A DNA stretch of 64,000 nucleotides from Pseudogymnoascus verrucosus (lineage: Eukaryota): assembly GCA_001662655.1 (NCBI GenBank), contig KV460209.1; one strand, 5' to 3'. Under the pieces are notes generated by a model. That model was not told the origin of the DNA, did no database searches, and saw only the letters and a list, made by a program, of their open reading frames with translations. This document shows, piece after piece, positions 1 through 12,210 of this stretch (its first letter is position 1; each line of letters starts with the position of its first letter). The position numbers and the translations under genes are program-made.

Positions 1-1780
1 GGGATACGGAGTAGTAGTCGGGGCTCTGCTGCCACAGGTGCCGAAGGAGATGGGAACGACCAGGAACAGAAGAGCCCCTTTCGCGGGGGGATTAGCGTCC
101 GCCAGTTCTGGCTTATATTTCTGGGCTTGATGGGCAATATGTTTATCGTTTGCTTCGACAGTACGATAATGGCGTCCAGTCATCCGGTTATAACGTCGCA
201 TTTCCACTCAGCGAATAGCGCCTCCTGGCTGTCGACAGCCTTCTTATTGACCTCAACGGCTTTCCAACCTCTGGCTGGGCGGTTGTCGGATACCATGGGG
301 AGGAAACCGCCGTTGATCTTTGGGATGATCCTGTTCACAGCCGGAACACTGTGGTGCGCGCTGGCGCAGAGCATGACTAGCTTTATTTTGGCTAGGGCCC
401 TCTGTGGTCTTGGAGCTGGTGCCTCAATGACTATAGGAAGCATCATTACATCGGATCTAGTGCCAATTGAGATCCGCGGGATCTACCAGTCCTATATTAA
501 TATTGTATATGGACTTGGATCGGCTATGGGGGTGGCCACTGGCGGTGCCATGGCTGATCACCTTGGTTGGCGGTGGGAATTTGGAATACAAGGTATGTCT
601 CATTTACGAGTTATCAGGGCAATTTGGGACTCTACTGACATGTTCCAGTTCCCGCGCTGGTACTTATCCTTGTTACTTCTTGTGTCTTCGTGCCACCCAA
701 TTTAGGCCTGAGTCACAACATGGAGAATGAGAGTTTCCTAACCGCAATGAAGACATTCGATTATAAAGGATCCCTCGTTCTTACAGCAGGCACCACATTC
801 CTAATCCTATCTTTAGTAAGCCCCCCCCCACCTATGTTTCCGAACCCCTCTAATCCCTACCAGAGTCTCGGAGGCAACATCTACCCCTGGACACACCCCC
901 TCGTCCTCACCGCCCTCTCCATCTTCGTCATCAGCACCCCCCTCCTCATTTACATTGAATCTCGTGCCCCCCGCCCCATCATGCCTCTCTACCTCTTCAC
1001 CCGCGCCCCCCGCAGCAACCTCATCTTCTCCAACTTCATCAGCGCAGCCACCATCAACGCCATCCTCTTCAACATGCCCATTTTCTTCCAAGCGGTCCGC
1101 CTCGAGACTGCAACTTCTTCCGGTCTCCGCCTTCTTGTCTCTGCGTTGGCTGGCACAATTTGCGGAGTTAGCACGGGATTCCTGATTACCTGGTCGAGGC
1201 GCCTGAAATGGCCTCTTGTTCTTGGAGCGGCGCTCGTGTTTCTTGGACCGGTCACGTTGACGACGATTACGAAGGATATGCCTATATTAATAATATTGAT
1301 ATTCCTGGCTCTGGGTAGTATGGGACAGGGCTTCCAGTTCCCAGGCACCTTCATGGCTATCTTGGCCGTTAGTGAACAGTCGGAGCAGGCGGTGGTGACG
1401 AGCACGCTTATGCTGTGGAGGAGTATAGGGACGGTGATTGGAGTTGCGTCAAGTAGTTTGGTGTTGCAGAATGCGCTGGTTAAATACTTGGACGCGTTTG
1501 TTAGTGGGCCGGATAAAGAAGAGGTTAGTTGCTACATTACGCCCCTTCTTCCCTAGGGAAGCTATTTGTATCCATTGCTAACTCGTTTGCACAGGTTATC
1601 CGAAAGGTGAGAGGAAGCATAGAAGCAATCGTCGACCTGGACCTATACTACAGGGACCAGGTCGTAGCAGCGTATTCTGCTAGTCTGCGCGCTACGTTTG
1701 TCGCGGCTGCGGGAGTGGGATTGATCACCCTCCTTCTCGTGCTTCCTATCCGGATGCCGAGGTTGGGGAAACGGAACTGA
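1..1780 (+). CDS. MFS transporter, DHA2/Vba-like 14-TM family (5' end lies upstream of window)
   Basis: Motifs SWLSTAFLL, GRLSDTMGRK and LGWRWEFGIQ. Three GT-AG introns (593-648, 816-863, 1524-1594) join ORFs 127..705, 690..1556 and 1529..1780 into one hydrophobic frame; stop TGA at 1780. Confidence 0.9.
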
Positions 1781-2358
1781 AAATGTGCCGTTTGGTTGGG
1801 GGGGGTTTGTGAGTAATGGTTTGGTTACGAAACAATGTGAAAGACATAATTTATAGATAAAATTGATACCAGGACTATTAAATATTTATGCAAGGCGTTA
1901 TCTAACGGGTTTTAAGGCCTGGTTCGCTACATGTCCTTTCGATTCGAGTGAGCTTGTCATCGCCACTATTCGCAAAGCATTCAACAGAACCCCCAAGCAA
2001 CAAGACCATTAATTACCCCTTTTTACTAGCACCAGAACAATTGACAGCACGCATTAAACGCCTAACCTCCCAAATCTCCAATCCAACATGCCCACACCCC
2101 CCGGACCCGCCTCCAACCACGCAAACCCCCACATGCATAACCCCGCCTCCACCCTCCACTGGGCGATCACGAGCAATATTTTCCCAGGTTTCTCTCAACC
2201 GTGTAGCAACTACAATTGCCCTTGTGGACACAAGATCCGAGACCCAACGTCGAGTCGCCCCACTTCACCAAGACCGCTAAATTCCCAGTCTCCTTACTAT
2301 CCTCGGGTGGATCATTAGCTTCAGACACATCTCTGCAATCTGGCGGGGAGAATAATAC

Positions 2359-3273
2359 TTACCCTCTGAACAACTTTACATAGGGCAGGCCGCCGCGGTA
2401 GTGCACTTCGTTGACCACCCAGACTGTTGTGAATGCAGCGACAGAGAGGAGGAGGAGGATGAGGAATTGCTTTGAGATGGTTTTCCAGAGGGGTGGTGGG
2501 CGGTTCTTCTCGTTGTCTTGGGCGGCTTTCTTTAGTTCTTGCACACGCAGCGCAACGAGACTTTCCTTTAATGACCTCGCTAGCACGGTTAAGGTGGAAT
2601 CATCCCTCGCGTGCCGACCCTTGGTACTCGCTCTCTTCGTTGGCCGCCCTCTTGTGGACATCTCATCTTCAGTCTCCTCGTCTTCAGACTCCTCATCCTC
2701 ATCCTCATCCTCCTCATCATCATCCTCATCCTCCTCATCCTCCTCACCATCCTCCTCCTCATCTTCCTCATCATCCGAGCAAACGCAGGAAGTATCATAC
2801 TCCAACCCCGGCTCCACTCTCTCACTCTGCGAAGGTGCATACTCCGTATTCTCCGCCTCAGTGTCCTCACCCTCAGAGAAAGGCTGATATTGGGCGCGAG
2901 GAACGTCTTCCAGGTCTGGCATGCTGGGGGAGGAGGGGGATGAGTAGGTTCTGCGGGAGGAGCAGGGGGAGTAGTGGCCTGGGCTGGACGTGGAGGGTCC
3001 TGTGGGGGTGTGGGTGGACTCCTGGGTGGGTTGCTGCGAGGGCTCCTGAGTGGACTCATTGTAGGGGGACGAAGAGAGAGTAGCGGAGGAGTAGCTCGAG
3101 GATGGTGTGTCTCTGTGCCGAGGAGGTGAGGGGAACATATCCCCCATGAACATAGACCGCGGGTATGCCATATCGACAGGCTCGCCGTAGGGACTGTTGC
3201 TAGGGGGTTCGTAGGGTAGTAGATCGGGTAGATCGTCGTAGTCCGTGCTGTTGGGCTGGTTGTAGTATGCCAT
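2359..3273 (-). CDS. Hypothetical protein: Ser/Pro-rich N-terminus, long Asp/Glu tract, single C-terminal TM helix
   Basis: 304-aa ORF with AAGATG start context and C-terminal hydrophobic stretch FLILLLLSVAAFTTVWVV. No recognised domain. Confidence 0.6.
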   Translation of the reverse strand: MAYYNQPNSTDYDDLPDLLPYEPPSNSPYGEPVDMAYPRSMFMGDMFPSPPRHRDTPSSSYSSATLSSSPYNESTQEPSQQPTQESTHTPTGPSTSSPGHYSPCSSRRTYSSPSSPSMPDLEDVPRAQYQPFSEGEDTEAENTEYAPSQSERVEPGLEYDTSCVCSDDEEDEEEDGEEDEEDEDDDEEDEDEDEESEDEETEDEMSTRGRPTKRASTKGRHARDDSTLTVLARSLKESLVALRVQELKKAAQDNEKNRPPPLWKTISKQFLILLLLSVAAFTTVWVVNEVHYRGGLPYVKLFRG

Positions 3274-4044
3274 CTTGGTTGGTTGGTCTTTGGGCCGTGC
3301 TAGTCTTTTGCGGGTTGAAGGTGGTGAGGAGAAGAGAGAAAGGGGGAGAGGAGGAGGGTGGGATGAGGATAGATATACTAGATTTTCATCGTGCCATGTT
3401 TTGTAGCCCTAATTACGCATTGAGGTTGTCTGATTAAACTTCGTTTGTGGGAACTAGGCTTTTGGTCTGGTCCCTGGATACGTAAATTTTCTAGGAAGAT
3501 GGGCTGGAACTATCACTTGTTGTTGGTAGGTTTGCAAAGCAAAGTGAAGTGTAGCAGATGGACGTCCCAATCTAGGACGATGAGAAGATATCCTATATAT
3601 CATCGTTTGCACAATATCCTCCCCAACTCCGCGCAGCTCTAATGACCTCGTAGATGATATCTCAAGATGTGCCCTCCCTTCTCCTTCTCACCTGTTCACC
3701 TCATGTTTGGCACCACTAGGGTCCAGCATATGCATACGCGCGTTCTGGGACGATATCAAACAACCGACTATAATATCATTCGAGAACGCGCACACCCACT
3801 CCATGCCAAACCCACCACTCCACGGTGGCATGTTATTGTCAAAGATTTTACTTATCTCTACGAACATGATGTGCAGTTCCGAGTCTAAGTTACACCGCAA
3901 CACTAAAAATGTGAATCCACATCCGTGTGCGCGCGTATAACCATTTATTTACTCAACAATGATATGATCTCGACCAGACGAGGTTTGATTAAGACTACAA
4001 GAGGCTAAGAAAGTGTATGATACTATAAATATATATTTACCAGT

Positions 4045-4300
4045 CTTATAAAAGGAAGGAATGACCGCCCATTCGCTCTTTCCTTTTTCAAAGGCTAATA
4101 AAATATATCAGAGGGAAAGAGCAGGCACTCGTTGGCTCCTTCTCTCCCCTCCCAACTTTGGTGTTAGGAGCCTTATAAAACGGAAGGAACGACCTTCCCA
4201 TTCGCTCCTTCCTTCACAAACACAACATAAATAAAATAGGGAAGGAACAGACACTCGTTCGCTCCTTCCTTCCCTCTCTCCGCCGACTTCGGGTGTAACA
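4045..4300. repeat. Diverged ~125-bp tandem duplication, each unit with two hairpins; possible LTR/transposon relic
   Basis: Unit 1 (4045-4167) and unit 2 (4172-4300) both read CTTATAAAA-(C)GGAAGGAAYGACC...CATTCGCTCYTTCC...CACTCGTT.GCTCCTTC...GGTGT. Confidence 0.8.
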
Positions 4301-6769
4301 TACCATATCCCCCTCTAGCCTTTCAACCAGGCACTAACCCTCTAGTCAAGGCACACACCACCCATAGCGTGCGCCTCTCTCTAAACCAAAAAAATCCCCG
4401 CTGGTGGCCTGTTTGTAGTACCATGGTTGCAATTGCAATGTCACTGATTGACTTTTCATCTCCGTAGCCCAAGCAACACTATAGGTTAAGCTAACACCCT
4501 TCTAACAACTAATAGCCCGACATCGCGATTGGGTTTTGTTTAGTATTGACACGATATAAACAGCACACGACGAGGCAACCGGAAGGCTACCACTCACTCA
4601 CTCACTCACTATACGCAAGGCTAGCCTCGCCTAGCCTCGCCAGCTCGCCTACCGCCCGAACGGCCCGCTGGCGGGGTACGGCACCGAACCGGGCCACTGG
4701 ACCAGCTCAGCACCGGGAAGCCCCGCCGGGAGCCTGGGAGCTTGGGAGCTTCGTGCAAGGCCCACGCTATGTATGGTATGGGCTTGAAATAGATACGGTG
4801 AGTAAGGCTGGGAAGCTTGGGGCGGCTGGCGGGTGAGTGAGGGAGGGAGCGGTGAAAGGAGGTGAGGTTTGTGGGATAGGAGTTGGGGGATAGAGATGTT
4901 GTTGGGCAGGTGTTTGTTTTGTGCTGTGCTGTACTGTACTTTGCTGTGTGGTACAACCACACAAGTTCATAGGGATTCCAAGATGGAAAAAAGACAACCT
5001 CCTCCCTTACCTTCCCATCCAGAATTGTCAAGTGACACCCGCCAACCCTCCCTCCTGCCGTGCCCGCCCAAAAAATGATGAAAGCCCTAGAGCTCTCTCT
5101 CTGCATACACCAAGCCAAACCAAGTCCACCACAGACACAGCCGCCAGATGCGCTGGCCATCCACCACACACGAATCGGAATACAAACCTGCACTCCACGA
5201 CACCACACTAGTGCAGCTACGCTTGAGTAAGGCATCCCGCCAGTAGGTCAGTGGACGGGTTACATACTTGCTCAACCTACCTCGCTCGAAGCAAGCTCGA
5301 TGCAGCTTCGATGGGGTCATGACACAGGCCTGATCGTCTGAGGAGGGGGTGGGGTGGCAAAGGGGATACAGCTTGTTTTGGAGAGTACAATCTACGGATG
5401 ATGGACAAACGATGCGTCGATCGCGGTGTTGGGAGCGCGAGGGCCCGGTCCTATCTAGGTGTTGGAGCTGGAGCTGGAACTGATCTTGACGGATGAAGGA
5501 AGGGAGGGGCGGGCGGTTGGATATTCTGCGACCAGCGGCCACCGCTCCTTCAGCTCCCTTTGATCCCGGATGAGTTCCCCTTTGGTCACCTCTCCCACGA
5601 CCCGGATAATCCTACTCGTTGCGTTCGCCCAGAATCCGAGAATCGGCTGGCTATACAATAACACACGCCCACACGCACATACACGGCGTACTTGGGGTAA
5701 GGGACATGTAAGGCGCACGCGCACGGGATACACATCGGTCGTCGAAGCGCTGGGAGTCGAAGGTGTGAGTGCACGCCCCGAGAGTACGGTTGGTCGACAT
5801 GCCTTTAGGGAAAGGCTGGTCTCACGCCTCACATAAACCTGTCGCGCGCAACTACGACCGCTACTACCACTGGCTTGATAGGAAGAAAGTGAGCATGGGG
5901 GGGGACGTGGCGGTCAAATTAGACTCTCCCACCCCACCCTCCATGTGCTGAGGGAAGAATGGTGGGAAGGCTCCTTCCTTTGGAGGGGAAGAAGGGGGGG
6001 GGGTGTTCTGGAAAAGGTGAGTGGCGGGGCGGGAAGATTGGAAGTGTGTGGCTGGTGGACAGAGGACTCGACTTGCTTGGGTGATGATGGGAGTGGGAAA
6101 GGACCAATCGCAGTGCAGAAGTGTGAGGCGTCTGGTGATTCGATCGGAGGATCTGGAGTGGTTTGGGAGGAGGAGGGAGGGATGAGGGTGGTGATGGATG
6201 GTGGTAGGCGGTTGGAACGATGGAAAGATGCATGGTGCCCATATTTTACATGCATGGGTACAGACAGGAGTACGTACTCCCGTACCCTCTCCCTCCCGTA
6301 CACCCCCAGCCAGCTATAACCGCATCACCACAATCGAGGCGCAGCACGCAAAAAACTCTGTGATCCAAGGAAAGCACGCACCAAGTCAGCGATTCGGAAG
6401 CTGATCATCCCATCCCATCGCCCCTTCCCTTCCACTTTCTGAGACGGAACCGAACCGAGGCAGCTAATGACGAGACGGGGAGGGCGAGACAATAGGGCAC
6501 ACGACGACGTACGCAACGACGCATGGACGGGGTGAGATGAAAGCGACGCATCGACGACGCTGCGACGAGACATTTTTTTGTATTATAGGGCGGGGCGGGG
6601 CGGTGGTGGCGAGGGGGCATGGGCTACGAGGACTTTTTCCGTATGCGATCGGTAGATGCATTCCGGCAACGTTACCGGAAACGTCGGTGTCTGAGCCCTA
6701 TACTGCCTATACTGTAACTTATACGGTCTGTGTCTGTTACCATTCCTGCGCGATGATGATGAGTGTGTC

Positions 6770-7020
6770 GTGCGTGCGTGCGTGCGTGCGTCCGTCTGTC
6801 CGTCCTCCGCGCTGTAGCTACTAATATTACCTGTTTTGTGGGTTATAGACGACGATGGATGGGCTGGTTAATATAGCGAGGTTGGGCTGTGTCTGGCGGT
6901 CTGGCGTGTCTGTTGGTCGGTCGGTGTCTGACTGAACATTAGTCCGTCGGCGGCGGCGGTGTCTGTCTGGTGTTCTGTCTGTCTGGTCTGTCTGGCTGGC
7001 TGCGCTGCACTGCACTGCGT
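6770..7020. repeat. Microsatellite-rich tract: (GCGT)n, (CTGT/CTGG)n, (CTGCA)n
   Basis: Direct reading, e.g. TGCGTGCGTGCGTGCGTGCGT at about 6771-6791. Confidence 0.8.
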
Positions 7021-7448
7021 CTCATCGTCGTGCGTGTGCACAGCATACGGGTAAGATGGATGCTCGTACTCTGTACACTTAGTCTGTACGCTCTTACTTG
7101 TTCCCTCCCGGACATCGCGCCGTAAAAAGAAACGACGACGACGGCGACAAATGAACGTTGGCAGAATAAATCATTTTCTACTTTCTGAGGCTGTCGGGGG
7201 GCTGGAGAAAGGCTGACTGACTGATTGACTGCTGTCGCTCTGCGGCGTTAATTAGTTTCTTGTTGGGTTTTTGATGATAGGTGAGGCAGGTGAGGCAGGT
7301 GAGTAAGATAGGCAGGCAGCATAGATTGATTGACATGACAGCAAGTGAGGCAGAGTTGGGGGTGTGTTATTATTAGAAATTAGAAGGGATGATTATGATA
7401 TCGCTGAGTCGATTAAGGGGAGTGAATGACTAGAATGACCGCGATGAT

Positions 7449-7484
7449 GACTCTGTATTATGGTCAGACTCTGTATTATGGTCA
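7449..7484. repeat. Perfect 18-bp tandem duplication GACTCTGTATTATGGTCA
   Basis: Copies at 7449-7466 and 7467-7484; partial third copy GACTCTGT at 7490. Confidence 0.9.
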
Positions 7485-8514
7485 TATTTGACTCTGTTTC
7501 GTGATGTTTGCGATGGGTGTTTGACACGGTGTCTCTCTGTCTGTACTGTACTGTTTTATTACCTGTTGACACTCTCTCTCTTGCGCATCTCTGTGCCCAT
7601 CTCTGTGTACCTAGATTCCCGTTTCCCTTGTACCTTTTCACCCTTCCTCCCTCAAATCGGGGAGTCCTACAAGCATCCTCCCACCCCCCTGTACCACCTG
7701 CCCAATCACCATACCACCATCACCAAAATCGCCCCGAGTCCTGCAGCCAAAACGCCCCTAAGGTCACAATTCATCACGATTTTATCCCCAATTATATCCA
7801 ACCGCCCCCCATGTCTGCATCCACACCCACACCCACACCCCCATGCTTGGGATACACGACGACGCACCCACTCACACATGTGCCAGGATATGGGTCAGGG
7901 TGGAGAACGGGGCGACGGAAGGGAAAAGGGAAAGGGAAGGGGGGGAACGAACGAAAGGCATCGAGGAGTACCCAGGCGGCCCAGCTACAGTCTTCATCAC
8001 GGACTACGCTGGTGTTGCTGCTTGTACATATTGTCGCCGCTCGCCACCATCCCCCGCCCCCCTCTTGAGGAGATCCAAGGAGAACAGGAATTATCAGAAG
8101 CAAAAGAAGAAGAATGAATTAAAAGGAATTATATATCCCACATATAATAATCGACACACACTGCTGCGTCTAGCCACACCACACCACACCGCACTACGAC
8201 TGCAATCAGCCATCGCGAGCAAAGCACGTCGCATGCTTCTATATCAACCACGAACATCACATATAACTTCCAATGGCGCTCAAAACAGGCAGGACGGGTT
8301 GCAACTAGATCACCATTCACACACAGATCGATACCAAACACCTGATTTTGGAATATTATAACACCACACACACAAACACACCACAATAAGCGCGCGCAAC
8401 AACCCCCACTCACCGCTTTACCACCATAACATATATCAACGACCTCAACCCCGACCCTCCAAACCAACTAACCTAATACCAACCGCCCACACCCAATGCA
8501 ATAGCACCCAAACA

Positions 8515-10035
8515 ATGTACACCCACAAAACCAGAACCGACACCGTCTCCAGCGCCCTCAGCCGCACCTCGCGCCGCAGCGATGAATCCTACACCTCCAC
8601 CACCAGCACCGCCGCGACCTCGGTATGCGACGACCACCAGCACCAGCCCAGCTTCGCGCCCCTGACGCGGCAGCAGCGCCTCCGCCACACCAGCACGCGC
8701 ATCTTCCACGACAGCCGCCGCGACAGCGCGAGGAGTTCGTGTTCATCGAGTCGTCGGTCTTCTGGGGCGGATTTCTATGCTGAGCCGGAGGAGTATGGGG
8801 AAGATGATGAGGATGAGGATTACACCTCTCCGGATTACACCACCAACGACGACGACATCCCCGCCCAACCCGCGTCCACGACGCCTGTCCCAACGACACC
8901 GCATGATTTCGCATCTTTCTTCCCCTCCCACCGCCGCTTGACGATCGCGCACGATACCTCGGCGGAGGATATGGCTATGAACCTCGTTATCTCCACTACA
9001 CCCGAGGGGGGCCTGAAGACGCCGATGCAGCTCTTTCATCTGCGCATGCATGATGTCCCCACGCGGGCGTTTAGTCTGCGCAGGTATTGTCGGGAGTCGG
9101 GGAGGGAGGTGTGTCATAGTGTTTTGCGCCAGGGAGGGGAGAAGGTGAAGCAGCAGAAGAAACCTACTAAACATCCTAAGCTGCAGAGGTCTATGTCTAC
9201 CGCCCTCGCGACCGTGACGAGGGGTGGTGTCAAGCGTGCTGACTCCTGGGGCGCTTCTTCCAACTATAACAAATCCTCCTTCCCGCCTCAATACCCCACC
9301 CCTCTCCTCACGATCCCCACACGCCACGACTCCGGCTACGCCACCAACTCAGATGACGACGACGATTTCTCCTCCTCCTCTTCTGACTCCGAGAACGACG
9401 AAGAGGAGATGCCAATCCCTTCATCTCTCCCCGGCAAAAATGGAAAAAAGGGGAAGACAAACACCACACACCTCGAATTCTCAAACTACGCACACGTAGA
9501 CCTCACCCGTCGCGGGTCGGCTGGAAAGGGGAAACGGTGGGATTTCGAGTACTGGGGTACACCCTACAGCTGGAAGCGAGAGGGGGAATCTTATCACCTC
9601 GTCCCCACGTCCAACTCCTCGGGGAACAACGCAGGGGCCGTGGCGCATATTGTGCCTGACGTGCTCACACCCTCCCAGATCCGCGAAGAAGAAAAGGAGG
9701 GGGGCTGGATCCCGAAATGTAGTTTTTGGATCTCGGACCCGAAAATACTTAGGGGGGGGGATGTGGCGGATGTGGTTGTTGCGACGGGGGTGTTGGCGTT
9801 GGTGGATGATAAGGCGCGCGCCGCGAGCCGGAGACCGGCCGCGAGGTATAGGAGGAGTATTAAAGTCCCGATGAGTCCTGTGAAGTTGGATCTTGAGGTT
9901 GTGACGCCGAGAGAGATGATGAGGAGTGTTTTTAGGAGGGGGAGTAGGGATGAGAGGCCTGGAACGGCAGGGGGGAGAGTGGGGAGGAGGGAGGAAAGCA
10001 AGTTGAGGTTTGGGAGGGCGGTGGAGGCTTGTTAG
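8515..10035 (+). CDS. Conserved fungal hypothetical protein (intronless, 506 aa)
   Basis: Long ORF with ACAATG start. Globular-looking blocks (LFHLRMHD, FSLRRYCRESGREVCHS, HLEFSNYAHVDL, WDFEYWG..YSW, GGWIPKC) lie between Ser/Asp-rich linkers. Confidence 0.8.
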   Translation: MYTHKTRTDTVSSALSRTSRRSDESYTSTTSTAATSVCDDHQHQPSFAPLTRQQRLRHTSTRIFHDSRRDSARSSCSSSRRSSGADFYAEPEEYGEDDEDEDYTSPDYTTNDDDIPAQPASTTPVPTTPHDFASFFPSHRRLTIAHDTSAEDMAMNLVISTTPEGGLKTPMQLFHLRMHDVPTRAFSLRRYCRESGREVCHSVLRQGGEKVKQQKKPTKHPKLQRSMSTALATVTRGGVKRADSWGASSNYNKSSFPPQYPTPLLTIPTRHDSGYATNSDDDDDFSSSSSDSENDEEEMPIPSSLPGKNGKKGKTNTTHLEFSNYAHVDLTRRGSAGKGKRWDFEYWGTPYSWKREGESYHLVPTSNSSGNNAGAVAHIVPDVLTPSQIREEEKEGGWIPKCSFWISDPKILRGGDVADVVVATGVLALVDDKARAASRRPAARYRRSIKVPMSPVKLDLEVVTPREMMRSVFRRGSRDERPGTAGGRVGRREESKLRFGRAVEAC

Positions 10036-10596
10036 GATGCAGTATATAAAAAGGGGAGGATTTGCACATATTACGGGAGGAATGGGGGGGTACGAGTTAG
10101 ATATTATACGAACGGTAGGTGGGTGGGAACGCTGCTTTTTGGGCGTTGCGGGGAAGGGATACTCCTATGCCCCTCACGGGGGTAGGATGGGTTTATGATT
10201 CTTACGATCCGATATGATAAGGTTTATGATAGATAATGATGATACTAGTATATTTCGCTACTCAAACAAGTCGTTTGACCTGACTATTTCGGTATTTTAA
10301 TGTGTGAGGAAAGGGGGAAAGGAAAGGGGGTAAGGGGTAAGTAAGGGGGGGGGAAAAGGTAAGGGAAGGGGGGGATGATGGGATGGTTGCTGGTAACTGG
10401 TGGGTTTTATAATCTCCCAAACCAACGCAAAAGAGAGACACCACCAAGAAAATCTGATGCGACTCCAAGACGCCGCTATCATCGCTCTATTACGGATATA
10501 ACACAGAATCAAGAACTCTTCGATGAGGATGAAATGCACCAGGCTCGTCAGGAGCTACTTGCTATGGTTGAAGGCTGTTGTCGTTGGGTGGTGGTG

Positions 10597-10757
10597 TCGT
10601 TGAAGCTGGTATCGTTGAAGCTGGTATCGTTGAAGCTGGTATCGTTGAAGCTGTCATCGTTGAAGCTGCTGTCGTTGAAGCTGTTGTCGCTGGGTTGAAG
10701 CTGTTGTCGTTGAAGCTGCTGTCGTTTTGCTGCTGCTGTCATTGAAGCTGCTGTCGT
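10597..10757. repeat. 15-bp minisatellite, consensus TCGTTGAAGCTGNTR, about 9-10 degenerate copies
   Basis: Direct reading; the minus strand translates as (D-T/S-S-F-N)n. Confidence 0.9.
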
Positions 10758-11563
10758 CGATACTGTCCTCGATGCTCCATCTATCATCCCCCATCTCCAC
10801 CGCAACATATAACCCCCCCCCCCAAACCGAACGACACTGACATAATTGCACGGTCCACAGCAGCCCAGCCACGACACAATCCGAGTAACGCTCTCTCTCG
10901 TATCTGATCCTTTTTATCAACTGTTGGGATCCGACTACCAACGTAATGTGTAACGCATAACATGATAAATATATCATCGTTTTGTTCTGGATGGATTTCC
11001 CACTACATCCGGACATGGCCGGGGATGATGGGATGCAACACGTCTTTACTTACTCGGATCGTTGCATTGGGATTGGAAGGGTGGGGGGGAGGGGTTGAAG
11101 AGATGGATTTGCATGTGGGTGAGAGGGTTTGAGCTTCGGATGGGGGGGGGGGGTGCTTTGGACTGTTTGGCGGCGCGTTTGGCCTTGGAAGTTGCAGTGG
11201 TGGGATCATGGCTGGGGGGTATCGGGGATAGGAGAAGGGTGGCACAAGGAAGCTTCATTCCCAGGGGTTCATGCAGCAACAGCGACGAGGGAGTCACACA
11301 AGAGTCATCTTCCACGTGCCATGCTTCAAGGCATACACGCGCATGTATATCATAGCCATCGACCACATCATATCACATACACATACACATCAAAAAACGG
11401 GTTCACTCCATCTTTATTTGCTCAACAGGCAAGACAGGCAGCACTCAGTCTAGCCGTGCTCTCACCCGGAACATCCGCACCGCACCGCGCACAAGCGAAT
11501 CTAACCCCCCTATGGATAGTAGTAGAGACAGTATTAACAATCCATCCTGCTCCGCTAGCTAGC

Positions 11564-12210
11564 TTAGTTGATAGCCTTCAACCAGACGTCGAAGATGAGG
11601 TCGGAGTTGGGGGGGATGGCGCCGGGGAAGCCACTGTGGGTGTGATGTCAGTACGTGCGCTTATCTCTATCTCTTTCTCGTTCTCTTTCTCTCAGGGTTG
11701 GGGAGGATGGGGGTTGAAGGGAGAGAAGAAGGGAAGTCTTACCGGTTGCCATAGGCGTAATCGGCGGAGATATCCAGAGTAGCCTTCTCACCAACCTTCA
11801 TGTTGATGACGCCCTCGTCCCAGCCGCGGATGACCTGGCCGACGCCGATCTTGGTGCGGAAATCGGACTTGCCGACTGAGGAGTCGAAGCTGGTTGTCAC
11901 AGCGAAGTTAGCTTTTGTGGTCTTTATCTTCTCGGAGGGGATTGATTGATGGCTAGATGCAGCTTGTAGAGGGACAGGAGAGGACATACACAGTTCCCTT
12001 GCTGCCATCAGCCTTCTTGAGGAAGCCAGTGTACTCAATAGTAACAGTCTGGTTCGCCTGGGGCTGCGCGCCGGTGCCCTCTTGGGTGGTAGTCTTGGTG
12101 ACGCCCATTATTGCTGCTGTTTGCGAGAAAGTTCTTGTGTATGAGTTTGTTCTGTTGATGGATCGAGCAGAGAAAGAGGAGACTCGGGGAGCGAGGCGGG
12201 TGAACAACAT
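11564..12210 (-). CDS. FPR1: FK506-binding protein FKBP12 (peptidyl-prolyl isomerase) with optional N-terminal mitochondrial presequence
   Basis: Exons 12210-11990, 11889-11743 and 11633-11564 give MGVTKTT...FDSS...IGVGQVIRGWDEG...[29 protein letters not shown]. A second in-frame ATG lies at 12108. Confidence 0.95.

Noticed and set aside
2411..3083. Overlapping ORFs with poly-Ser, poly-His/Pro or poly-Ile/Leu
   Set aside because: Alternative frames of the (GAR/GAY)n acidic tract of the 2359-3273 gene.
4546..8467. Many 60-210 aa ORFs in the long intergenic region
   Set aside because: Low-complexity, repeat-derived, no recognisable domains and no convincing splice model.
10597..10757. Repeat array as a possible CRISPR
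   Set aside because: Head-to-tail 15-bp units with no unique spacers, no cas genes, eukaryotic genome.
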